63,960 nucleotides of DNA from Rhina ancylostomus (lineage: Eukaryota), in contig JARFYF010000054.1 of the NCBI GenBank assembly GCA_030265395.1, positions 15,064,359 through 15,128,318 of the forward strand, given 5' to 3'. This document shows, piece by piece, positions 23,687 to 35,450 of this stretch. The notes beneath the pieces are model-generated. The model had not been told where the DNA came from. It saw nothing but the letters and a program-made list of their open reading frames with translations, and did no database searches. The translations under genes were made by a program, and so were the position numbers. The stretch's first letter is position 1; each line of letters opens with the position of its first letter.

Positions 23687-24569
23687 GTAAAAGAAATGTT
23701 CATTGTTTTGTGTTTATATGTACATACAGTATATTCTCTGTTTTTCTTTGAAATGTTGCTACTTTGCTGCATAGTCTAGGTCTTCATAGAACTTGAATGC
23801 TTTTAAACTTTTTTTCATCTTTCACCTTGACATGTAACCAATTATTCATCTAATATATTCTGCAAAACTCCACTAATGCATGTAATGTTTGAATTTCATT
23901 TTACTGTAGATGCAAATTTTCAAATATTTTATGCAAATTGCCTTTTATTGTGAATGATGGTCAGAATCCCAAATGATTACAACAACTTAATAATGAAAAG
24001 AGAAGCTGGTTTCTTTTATTCTCCAAAGTTCTCTTTTTTTTCCCCTCACTTATCTTGGCTAAATTTATGCTAAAGTAAATTTGAAGTAGAGTAGGTCATG
24101 CAGCCTATTGAACTTGGGTTGTCATTTCAGTTGAATCATGCCTGATCTGTTTTAACTGCCTTAGCTTCCAGTCCTTTGATTTATTTAACAGAAATCTATT
24201 GATAGGTTTTGAAAACTTCTACTTTTCCAAATCCAATCTTTTGAGGGAAAGATTACCAGATTTCTTCTGCCCTTCTCGTTAGTAGAAATTGCTTGCTGAT
24301 TTTCCTCCTAAGTAACCTAGAATAAATTTGATTATGCTCCTTTGATAAACATTTGAAACATTTGGTTCAGATTAACTCTCATTGTTACTGGGTTTCTGTT
24401 ACATCTTCAAGGAAGTGCAAGCCACCTATCTACCCAATCCTGCTCATTTATGTCTCTGATCTCCAGAGCACAATGAAACTGAATTTTGAGAGTGGACTGC
24501 AAATCTCTGCATCACCTTGTAGAATATTCAGTGTCACTGACCGTGGATGAATCCTAGGTGATTATAGTC

Positions 24570-25137
24570 TTAGATATATACAGCACTGAAACAGGCCCAA
24601 TGGGCCAACTCATCCATGCCGACCAAGATGCCTATCCAAACTTGATCCATTTGCTTGCATTTGGCCCGCATCCCTTCTAAACCTTTTTTCATTCATTTAT
24701 CTGTCTAAATATCTCTTAAACATTGTAATTATCCTGCCTCTACAGCTTCCTCTGGCAGCTGATTCCAAATACTCACCACCCTCTGTGTGGAAAAAGTTTC
24801 CCCCTCGGGTTCTTTTAAAATCTTTCCCCTTCACCTAAATCTATGTTCTCTAGTTTTAGACTCCCTTACCTTGGGGGAAAATACTGTAGCCATCCACCTT
24901 ATCAATGCCTCTCATGTTTTTATATACCTCAATAAGGTCACTTCTCGGCCTTCTATGCTCCAGGGATAAAAGTCTCAGCCTATCTGGCCTCTCCTTATAA
25001 CTAAAGTCCTCCAGTCCTGGTACCATCCTCGTACATCTTCTGCACCCTTTCCAGTTTAATGCCATCCTTCCTATAGCTGGGCAACCAGAACTGTGCACAA
25101 TACTCTAAGTGTGCTTCACCAATGACTTGTACAGTTG
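24570..25137 (-). mobile_element. CR1 LINE 3' fragment (ORF2 C-terminus and tail)
   Basis: Translation TRMVPGLEDFSYKERPDRLRLLSLEHRRPRSDLIEVYKNMRGIDKVD matches the CR1 ORF2 C-terminal motif. Confidence 0.9.
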
Positions 25138-25379
25138 AAAAGCAAAAAAAAAACCCAAATTCTGGAAATCTAATGAATGTTTATTAACCTCAAATGCTAA
25201 CTCTATTTCTCACTCTGCAGATACTGCCCAACTGCTGAGTACTCCAGTACTTTGTTTTTATTTATGAATTCTTAGTTATTGCATTTCCAAAACTCTCGGC
25301 CTCTACCAGTTGAAAGTCAAGGGCGTTGGATGTATGCAAATTCAAACATCTTCAAATTCCCGTAGAAGTCTCATCATGT

Positions 25380-26370
25380 AATCATATCATTTTTTTTATC
25401 GTTCTGGTGTCTATTACCTTTGAGTTCCCTGTCTCCACTACATTGGAGAAACCAACGTTGATTATGTGACTGCTTTGTAGAACCCTTCCATTCAGTCTGC
25501 AAAGGTAACCTTGGGCTTTTGATTCCCTGTAACTTCAGTTCTGCATCACCCTCTCAGTCTGACCTCTCTGTCTTTGGCATCAGTTTGACCTCTCTGTCTT
25601 TGGCATCAGTTTGANNNNNNNNNNNNNNNNNNNNNNNNNNNNNNNNNNNNNNNNNNNNNNNNNNNNNNNNNNNNNNNNNNNNNNNNNNNNNNNNNNNNNN
25701 NNNNNNNNNNNNNNACCTCTCTGTCTTTGGCATTCGACACTGTTCCAGCAAAGCACAACATAAGCTCAGGGACAGTATCTTTTACCTAGCACGTTGTAGC
25801 TCTTGTGACTTGTCATTAAATTTACTAGTTGGAGGAATGTGGACCATGGGCAGACAGAAGGGATTAGGTGTCATTAGCTTAATTAGTTCAGCATATCTTG
25901 AGCCGAAGGGTGTGTTCCTGTGCTGTGCTGTTTTATATCTATGTTCTGTGTCTATGTGTAGTTCTGATGCACTTATAACATTAGCTCAGTTTTACTCTCT
26001 GCAGATGTTGCCTCATTTGCTGTGAATTTTCAGCATTTTGTTTTTTCAGATTTCCACTGGCTGCTGTGTTCTGCATCTTGAACTTCCAGCATATTCTTTT
26101 GTTTTTTTTCCTCCCTAATTGCCCTCATTGATCTATTAATTAAATCGCATTGAAAACATTATGTCATTTAGACATCATTTGGTCTGCATTCTATATCAGA
26201 TGTTGCCTATCACAGTCATTGCCTTTATCCCTCTCAGCAACTTAAAACATTCTTGTTTTCTCACTTCTCTAATTCTGATGAAGGACTATTGATCTCAATT
26301 GTTAACTCTGGTTTCTCCATTTCAGAACCTTGCTTATTCTAGCATCTGCAGTTTTTTTTTGGTTTTCAAG
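25380..26370 (+). mobile_element. Penelope-like relic with tandem pseudo-LTRs
   Basis: pLTR-like blocks at about 25960-26100 and 26260-26370; preceding sequence is homologous to the 16850-17100 arm. Confidence 0.55.
25554..25733 (+). repeat. 26-bp tandem repeat (TGACCTCTCTGTCTTTGGCATCAGTT) spanning a gap
   Basis: More than two units before the gap and a partial unit after it; true copy number unknown. Confidence 0.85.
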
Positions 26371-26954
26371 CATTGTGGGTTACTTTCACCAGACGGTCTG
26401 AAATGGTTGAAGTCGATAGCTTGCCACCACTTTACAAAGAACAATTAATGACTAGAAATAATTATTAATGAAACTCAAACCCTGCAAATGAAAAACAAAA
26501 GTCTCTTTGGACATCAAATTTTCAGTTCCTTGCTGTTTGAAAATACTCAAAGCTTTTTTAGCTAAAATAGTATTTTCCCGTATTAAATGTTATATGTCAT
26601 AGGATTGCATATTTGTTTGAAATATTCCTTTAATTTCAGGAAATTATGAAATGTTTCCAGAAAACATGTTTCTGCATGTTTTACAGACATGCTGTACCAA
26701 GTGGCCTGTTGTGTCCAAAATTTTCTATAAAAGATAGATTTTGCTGATCTGGGACTGTTGCCTGTGCTCCACACTCCATTGACTTTACCTTGATTAAACC
26801 TGGAAGGTGCATTTTGCTTGCCCAAACATTCTTTGAGCTGAGTGATGGTCCACAGATGAGATGATGGAGTAATGTACTTGGGTCAAATTTCTATGGAAGC
26901 CTTTGACAGCTGCAAAAACTCCCATCCTCAGCCTTGTGGTGATTTCCTTGTCAG

Positions 26955-27670
26955 AGTTCAGAATTGGAGTCAGGTTTATTATCACTTGTCTTGTATGACG
27001 TGAAATTCCTTGTTTTGCAGCAGCAGTACAGTGCAAAGACATAAAATCACCATAAATTACAAAATAAATAATGCAAAAAAAAAGGAATAATGAGGTACTG
27101 TGCATGGGTCATGGACAGTTCAGAAAGATGATGATGGAGGAAAAAGCTGTTCCTGAATTTTTGAGTGTAGATCTTTAGGCTCCTGTACCACCTCCCTGAT
27201 GGTCGTAACGAGAAGAGGGCATGTCCCAAATGGTGAGGGTCCTTAGTGTTGGATGCTGCCTTCTTGAGGCACGACCTCTTGAAGATGTCCTTGATGTTGG
27301 GTCGGGCTGTGCTTGTGATGGAGGCGGCTGAGTCTACAACCCTTTGCAGCTTCTTGCGATCCTGTGCATTGGAGGCACCATACCAGGCTATGATGCAACT
27401 AGTCAGGATGCTCTCCACAGTTCATCTATAGAAATTTGCAAGAGTCTTTGGTGACGTACCAAATGTCCTCAAACTCCTAACGAGTTGGCTTCGTGGTGCC
27501 TTCTTCAGGATTGCTTCAATGTGTTGGGCCCAGGACAGATCTTTGGAGATGTTGTCACCCAGGAACTTAAAGCTGCTTGCCTTTCCACTGCTGACCCCTC
27601 AATAAGGACTGATGCCTGTTCTTCCAACTTCCTCTTCCTGAAGTCCAAAATTAATTGCTTGGTTTTTCAA
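26955..27670 (-). mobile_element. Rex1/Babar-type LINE, RT C-terminus and 3' UTR
   Basis: ESILTSCIIAWYG...DRKKLQRVV...KDPHHLGHALFSLRPSGRWYRSL...FRNSFF motif in ORF 27047-27418. Confidence 0.88.
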
Positions 27671-27953
27671 TGCTTCTGAATTTCTCTTACATTCTGAAAC
27701 AAAGGCTATTAACAAAGAAATATTTTTTTGGAAATTTAAGAAAAAGTCATCTAAAATACTTAAAAGACTTTGAATTTATTAAAATAGTGAGCAAAAGAAC
27801 AATTAATTAAAAAGTAACATATTTTTCCCTTTCCCTACAATCCCATTCATTTGAATGGGCCTGTTGATCCTGTGCCATGTCTAACTTGGGAAATTGCGGC
27901 GAGTTTCTTCTCTGCACTCAGTCCTGTGTATAGCCATAAAATGGCTGACAGAG

Positions 27954-28849
27954 AAATAAAGTATCGCACTTGCTAGAATCTAGATGAAAAACACTATGAT
28001 GCTGCAGGAACTCAGCAGGCCAGGTAGCATCCATGGAGAAAAGCAGGCAGTCAACGTTTCGGATCTAGTCATTTCAGGGCTAAGGATAGGAAAAGGGGAA
28101 GCCCAATATATAGGAGGGAAAAACAGAGCAGTGATAGGTGGACAAAAGAGGGGAGGCAGGGTGGTGATAGGTNNNNNNNNNNNNNNNNNNNNNNNNNNNN
28201 NNNNNNNNNNNNNNNNNNNNNNNNNNNNNNNNNNNNNNNNNNNNNNNNNNNNNNNNNNNNNNNNNNNNNNNNNNNNNNNNNNNNNNNNNNNNNNNNNNNN
28301 NNNNNNNNNNNNNNNNNNNNNNNNNNNNNNNNNNNNNNNNNNNNNNNNNNNNNNNNNNNNNNNNNNNNNNNNNNNNNNNNNNNNNNNNNNNNNNNNNNNN
28401 NNNNNNNNNNNNNNNNNNNNNNNNNNNNNNNNNNNNNNNNNNNNNNNNNNNNNNNNNNNNNNNNNNNNNNNNNNNNNNNNNNNNNNNNNNNNNNNNNNNN
28501 NNNNNNNNNNNNNNNNNNNNNNNNNNNNNNNNNNNNNNNNNNNNNNNNNNNNNNNNNNNNNNNNNNNNNNNNNNNNNNNNNNNNNNNNNNNNNNNNNNNN
28601 NNNNNNNNNNNNNNNNNNNNNNNNNNNNNNNNNNNNNNNNNNNNNNNNNNNNNNNNNNNNNNNNNNNNNNNNNNNNNNNNNNNNNNNNNNNNNNNNNNNN
28701 NNNNNNNNNNNNNNNNNNNNNATATATTGGGCTTCCCCCTTTCCTATCTTCAGTCCTGAAGAAGGGTCCTGACCTGAACGTTGACCACCTGCTTTTCTCC
28801 ACGGATGCTGCCTGGCCTGTTGAGTTCCTCCAGCATCATCATGTTTTTC
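27954..28849. mobile_element. Penelope-like insertion with inverted pseudo-LTRs and 15-bp TSD
   Basis: 27985-28111 is an inverted copy of 28721-28850. Flanked by AAATGGCTGACAGAG (27939-27953) and AAATGGCTGATAGAG (28850-28864). Confidence 0.8.
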
Positions 28850-30557
28850 AAATGGCTGATAGAGCTTGACTGATAAACTTATGACTTATGGATTTGCACT
28901 TGAGTGCTGCCACTTACTGGCACTTATGCTGAGAAATACTGGCATTCAAACATACCAAAATCTGTGCCAACCATTTCACAGCACCTTTCCACTAACTTTA
29001 GGGTGCAGGCAATTTGACTAGTGGTAACATTATCTTTTAATGTCCCAGTGTAAGCAGAAGGAACACTCAGAAACCTTTCTACTGATTCATCTGTTTACTT
29101 TTATGAATTTGCAAAGAGTCCTTTGTTCTGAGAATATCTTTAAAAGTTTACATAGAATTTGTCATGTGGAAAATATATTCCTGTAGATTATGATACAGTA
29201 TCTTCTGTAAATCCAAATTAAGGTTGTCTTCCACAACATTTCAGAAATACAATAAATAAGAGCCATCTGCTGTACAAGCCAAGGTTGCAATGTCTTTATC
29301 CGACATCTTCATACTATGTACCTTGCTCACAGTCATCCTAAAAGATGAGGAAACAGGAGGCAGCTTTGGTCCTTTCATAAAACCACAACCTGTTCTTCCA
29401 AAAGTACTTCATCATTATGCTGTTGGTGCATACTGGTTAAATGGAAGAGATTTGCCACTTATCAAAATGAAAAAGATATTAGTGAAGTCATTCAACCATA
29501 TTTGAAATAGATTCAATTACATTAGGGTTTAAAACCCAATTCCTTCATGGAGTTTCATTTATTGAGAAGGGAGGTAGTACAAAAAGTTTAATGAACAAAT
29601 CATGATTAAATTGGAGGAAAATCCATTTCAAAGAGATTATTTCTACAACCCTTTTTTCACAGCATCAGATGAATCTGGCTTTGCAAAAATTCGAAAACCT
29701 GTGTTTTCATCATGACATTTTTTAAATATGCAATACCTACATTTTTATGATGGTCAATCTCAATTGAGAGGATGACTTAGTTAGCAAATAATCTGATTTG
29801 AGGAAAGTGCAGTGCTTTAAAAACATTTTAAAAGTTTGGAAACCAGGCAGAGGCCTGACCGTACTCGATGGAATAGGATGATGTAGTTGGGCCAGAACAA
29901 GCTCTGTCATTATCTATGAATAGAAGATAATGGTCCAGTGGTGGTTATATTACTGCTTTTGAATGCTAGAAATTGATTTTCAGGGTGCATCAGCAACAAC
30001 TTAAGGAATCTGCATTTTTTATCTTTTAATATATTAAATTAACTTTAATTTGCAGTGCTCATAAATGTTTGTTCTCATAAATCAGAATGTATATTTGCTT
30101 TTTTTTCCATTTAAAAGCGTGACAAATCTTGTTACTTGTATCTATTTTTATGTAGTGGAATCTTAATTTTGGATATGCAAAGATAGATAAGGGTCATAAT
30201 GATTTCTTCTCTATCCTTGCATTGTATAAATGCATAAATGATATAAATAACCACTTGTAAGAGAATGCGAGATCTGAGTGGACCTAAAATGAATAAAGAA
30301 ATTGACTATAATTGTATTTCACTTTTACTCATGATAATATGTATGTAACAGATATCTTGACTGGAATCTCATTTACAGCTGCCAGTCAGATTTTGGTGTC
30401 AAATGCTTAATCGTGAATTAACTGTTGAGATGCTGTGCAATGTTGTTAGTTTTGTTGTTTTACTAGTTTAGTTAGCTCTTGTGTATTAAATGTGTGTTTT
30501 ACTTTGTAGCGATCTCCAAATGATCATTACACTGATTTTTATTATTGCATATTCCAG

Positions 30558-30725
30558 CTGGAAGGAGACAGTTTGCCAGACATGAATGGGGCCAAAAAGC
30601 AGCCTACCTTTTAGGCTGCAATTTGGAAGAATTGTCTTCTGCATTGTTTAAGCATCAACCAAAGGTTCAGAGGTCAACTTCATTCCGGCAAGGGCCAGAT
30701 GAGAGTGGACAGGGTGATGGCTCAG
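30558..30725 (+). CDS. MYO18A: MYO18A E10 ([20 protein letters not shown]...[17 protein letters not shown])
   Basis: ttccag acceptor, gtatct donor; 168 nt, phase 1 to 1. Confidence 0.97.
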
Positions 30726-31918
30726 GTATCTCTTTTATTTGATATATCATTTTTATAACCAGTAATTTTTATCATATAACCTTGGGAAATGTTCTGGATT
30801 GTACACATTTTTTAATTAATGTATCAGCATTTTGTCAAAGTGCTTGATTAAGGTGTGATTAGTTATTACCATTTAGAAACAATAATTAATATTTATATGT
30901 CTGAACTTAGTTAAGTATGCTTAGTGCCTCACAATATTCCAATGTTCATTATAGCCAATAGATTGTTTTTTATTTCAGCACTGTTATTAAGCAAATGTTG
31001 AAAGCAATAAGTGGGAGGCCATGAATTGCAAAAAATACAATTTGGTTCAACCACTGGCTGGGATATTGTGAGTAAACAGAGTGGCAGAGGTTTAAGGTAT
31101 TAGAAGGGATAGAGGCAAGTCTACAAAAAAGATTTTTCACCTGTTTAGTGACGGGGATTGGGAACCCACTATCTGAGTGGGTGGGGAAGAATAACCCATT
31201 TCACATTTAAAGCTCCTAGATGAGCAGCTGTTCTATTGAAATCTACAAGCCTATGGAACTTGGGTAATGGAATTAGGGCAAGTAGCATTCTTTTGGCTGG
31301 CATGAACACAGGTGAGTTGAGTTGCTTCCTTAAAGTGTTATAAATTTCTGTAGGTGCAAGTAAGATGTGGCATAAAGTTGTGTTCATCTGGGGAAGTAAG
31401 TCTGCTTTTTGTTATTCTGTGCTGTAAACCATACTTGCAGAAGTGGTTAATGGCGCGTGTCTGTGAAATTGTTCCCCTGGCTGCCACAGTCATTGATTTC
31501 ATTTGGTAGATTTACACACATTCTTTAGTCCTAATCTTATGAATACCACTGAGTTCCACTGATTTATGAATGTGTGGCATCACACAGATGTATATGGTTC
31601 ACAAATTCAGGGAAATTGATTGTCAACTTCAAGCAGTGATCACTACAATCAAATTTGTATATAAATCTGAATTTATGATTTTTATTTCTTTCAAAATAAC
31701 TGTCATAATTATTGTGAGAATAAATTGTTTGTTAATTAAACATATAAGTCAACATATTGGTCTTGATGAGATTTCATAAATTGTCAAACTAATATTAGGT
31801 ATGCATTCCACATATTGTAAAAACATCCGAAAGTTCTGATATACATGTGATTTTAAGAAAAAAAGGTGCAACAGATTGTGTATGGATTTATAATATATGT
31901 ATGTATGTGTTTTAATAG

Positions 31919-32009
31919 GCCCCAAGATTACAGCAATGGAATGTCTAGAAGGAATGGCATCCAGTTTATATGGAGAGATGTTTATGGTGCTACTCTCGCT
32001 CATTAATAG
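31919..32009 (+). CDS. MYO18A: MYO18A E11 ([30 protein letters not shown])
   Basis: aatag acceptor, gtgaat donor; 91 nt. Confidence 0.95.
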
Positions 32010-32849
32010 GTGAATCTTCCATTACTTTCCCTGTTTGGATTGACATTTAATGTAACTGCAAAGAAGTATTTGTGGAATAGGCATCTTCCAAAATTCATAC
32101 AATTTGCATTTGCTTAATCTTTGAGGTACAGAATTTTACAGCACAAATGCTCCTTAGTATTTATAAATACCAATAGTTACAGAATATTATCTTTGTCATA
32201 ACTTCCAGTCTCATATCTCCTTGTTCACATCATCCTGAACTCTTGAACTCTGTTCTTCTGATTTCTTGATCACTTACCCTGTTTTTACTTTTCCTTTGAC
32301 ACTGAAGCCTCATTCGATGAATTCTCCACATATCCCACAAAGGTTGTTCCTCTCCATCTCTCTCTTCAGTTTTTCCTTTAAATCCATCTTTTTGTCCAAA
32401 CTTGTTAACCTTCCCAACTGCAACTGATACAGCTTGTCTTCCATTTATCATTCTCATCAAACTTAAAGTACTTTGGCACATTTTTCTGTGATGTTGGCTC
32501 AATATATTTGAACTTATTGAAGATTAATATTACTGAAACATAATGGACTATGGAGAAATATTTCATTACTGATATCCTTTGAAAAATCACATTTTTTTGG
32601 TGCAAAGCACATGCCATAGGTATTTAATTTCTTTATTATTTAAAACACAATATTTTTTCCAACTATGTTTGACATTCAGAAGTCTATTATCACACTTAAG
32701 GGTCTGTTATAAAGCTGCCAAGATATCTATGCTTGCAAATTTAGTGTGGTCCAATACCAAGAGATTCAAATCTGTAAAGCCAAGAAATACATATTGTGAT
32801 TTTAATCTGGTTTGGTGTTTCTGACGATGCTGCTTTCCATTTAAAATAG

Positions 32850-33042
32850 GGCTCTTAAATCCACTCAACATTCACTTTGTTCCATAATGATAGTGGATAC
32901 CCCTGGATTTCAGAATCCAAAGGTCACATCACCTGAGAGAGCTGCAACATTTGAGGAACTCTGTCACAATTATGCACAAGAACGCTTACAGATGCTCTTC
33001 TATGAGCGAACGTTTTTGAAAGAGCTTGATCGATATAAGGAG
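32850..33042 (+). CDS. MYO18A: MYO18A E12, switch-II/relay exon ([23 protein letters not shown]...[14 protein letters not shown]...RYKE)
   Basis: DTPGFQ and FEELCHNY motifs; aatag acceptor, gttagt donor; 193 nt. Confidence 0.98.
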
Positions 33043-33294
33043 GTTAGTTGTTCATCACAGCATGCCTTAACAAATACCTTTTAAGTGCAGTTTATGCAAG
33101 CTGTGGCCTGTAAATAACAACTCAAATATTTTTAGCTAATAAAATGGATGAATTTGCAAACAATGTTCATCAATTGTGTATTCAGACAAACAAATAGACC
33201 TGAGTATTTCTTTGGGTTATTGTGGTAATGGTACCCTCTGCAATTTCTGAAATTTGGTAATGTAAGAATTTGAACAGAATTATTTTATTGTGAA

Positions 33295-34240
33295 AAAGCA
33301 AAGCAAAATACATGCAGAAATAAAAGTAGAGAATGTCAGGCAGCATCTGTGAGGAGAGAAACAGAGTTAATGTTATGAGTCAATAATCTTTTATCAGAAT
33401 TCATTAGCAACCACTATCTGTTATCAGCACAATCTCCCACAGCTACCTTGAACACATCTTTTCCCACTCTGTTTCCTGTAATGACTTTATTCAATTTTCC
33501 CAGTGTTACTGGCTCCATCCAATCTGATGATGACATCTCCATACCAGTGCTTCCAAAATGTCTTTGTTTTTCCTCAACTGTGATTACCCTTCCATTATAG
33601 TTCTCAGGGTTCGCAAACATTTCCTGCACTTTTGCTCACTCCTTCTCCTCCCACTCAGTACAAGGATAGGGTTCCCTTGTCCATTCCTTTCATCTTATCA
33701 GTCTCCACATTCAAAGGATCATCCTTCAGTGATTTCTGGCACTTTCAACAGGATGCCAGCACCAGATACATCTTCTTACCTTCCCTTTCAGCACACTGAA
33801 GGGGTCGTACCTTTTGTGACATTCCAGTTCATTTTTACATCTTCAGCAACACTCAATCCCTCTTCTCATGGCACCTTCCCAAGTAATTGCAGGAAATGCA
33901 CCATCTGTCCTTTTACCCTTTCCCTTCCCACCCTCCAGGGACCCAAATTTCCAGGTGAAACACTTGTACTCTTTCCTATCCAGTGTACTCCTGAAAACCT
34001 TTGTTCAATTTGCAAGGGTGACTCTTTTACTCTAGTTAGCTATAATTTGAATTCTCCATCTACTCCTATTCCAATCTCTCAACCTTTTGGCCTCTTACAA
34101 TGTTCCAGCAGAGCCAATTTAAGGTCAAAATTAGTATCTTCTCCAAAGCAAAAGATCATTGATGATGTGAAATGTTACCTCTTGGTGCCTCATCTACGGA
34201 GTATTTTTACCATTATTTCTTTTATTGTTAGTATCTTATT
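33295..34240 (+). mobile_element. Penelope-like relic (inverted pLTR then sense arm)
   Basis: gtcaggcagcatctgtgaggagagaaacagagttaatgtt is an inverted pLTR; the body is homologous to 16400-17100. Confidence 0.6.
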
Positions 34241-34319
34241 ATTTAATATATCTATACCAATGTTATTGAGTTGCAACTTTAATCAGAATTATGCGCCCTA
34301 TTTCTTCTGTCCCATACAG

Positions 34320-34406
34320 GAAAACATCGAACTTGACTTAGATGAAGTAGAATCCAGCTGTCCTTTTTCTGTAGGTGCCATTGATCAAACATCTCATCAA
34401 GCGCTG
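34320..34406 (+). CDS. MYO18A: MYO18A E13 (ENIELDLDEVESSCPFSVGAIDQTSHQAL)
   Basis: atacag acceptor, gtaagg donor; 87 nt. Confidence 0.95.
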
Positions 34407-35308
34407 GTAAGGAACTGAGGCATGAGCATTGAAACATTGAATGACATTTCATTATACATATATTTTATATTAGATGGCCTGAGATGTAGTGATTAAGATT
34501 TGTCTTGTTTTCTGTGTGTATGGACATCACAACATGATGAATGACATAATAGCCCTTCTGAAAGATTGCACTTTTCTTCTCCATTGGCTGGTTGAGGAAA
34601 GAAGTGTAGTTAGCATTGAGCCCCCCAATATTTAGTTGAAGAACCCACAAACTCAGTCTTTCCCTTTCCTAATTCATCCACCTCCTATTCCTTGAAGAGT
34701 CAAAGGAGAAATGTTTATAACGAGACAGATGGAAGTGTATTTCTCTTTTAATTATTCTGAAACCCACTAAAGTTTTTAATCTATAAATTTAAATAATATA
34801 ATTGTGCTAGGTTAAAGGCAAACTTGTCAACTGCCCGAGAGTGTTCAAATAATTTATGTTTTTGAAATGTAATTCTACCAAAATACACATGAAACAACTT
34901 TTTCCTTGATTAAAAAAAGGACCATCTGACTTCATAATAACAATGTACTCGCCAATTCACTTACTGTAATGTGTCTTAAGTTGTATGGTTAAATAATTGA
35001 TTATTAGCAACTATTAAGCCTGATGCTATGAAGACTTTTTTAATATTTCATGAGATATTAGCATTACTGTTAATATGGTACTTTTGTGAAATATGGGTGT
35101 CTGTATATATACGTCTCGGATGTAATAAAACAATAAAATGTACTTTGCACTCATCATTGAGGAAAAAGCATTGCCCACTTCTTTGGGAAATGAGTTTCTC
35201 TGCTGAATTATCATTGAGTGAGTGAAAATATTGTATAGATCACAAAGCTATGAAGTATTATTTGGAGTACACAGTTAAGAAGTAATGCATTTTACATTTC
35301 CTCGCTAG

Positions 35309-35450
35309 GTTCGAACATTGGCTAGGACAGATGAAGCAAGAGGACTACTTTGGCTGTTAGATGAAGAAGCACTAAAACCTGATGGAAGTGAAGACACGCT
35401 TTTAGAGCGACTGTTCGCATACTACGGTCGACAAGATGGAGACAAGAATG
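35309..35450 (+). CDS. MYO18A: MYO18A E14 ([21 protein letters not shown]...[19 protein letters not shown])
   Basis: GLLWLLDEE motif; gctag acceptor, gtgatt donor; 142 nt. Confidence 0.96.

Noticed and set aside
23910-23959. Cryptic exon after the tgtag acceptor
   Set aside because: The available GT donors give 40 or 50 nt (frameshift, with a stop in the longer form) and are weak.
25554-25733. CRISPR-like repeat array
   Set aside because: Head-to-tail units with no spacers, in a vertebrate intron; a simple minisatellite.
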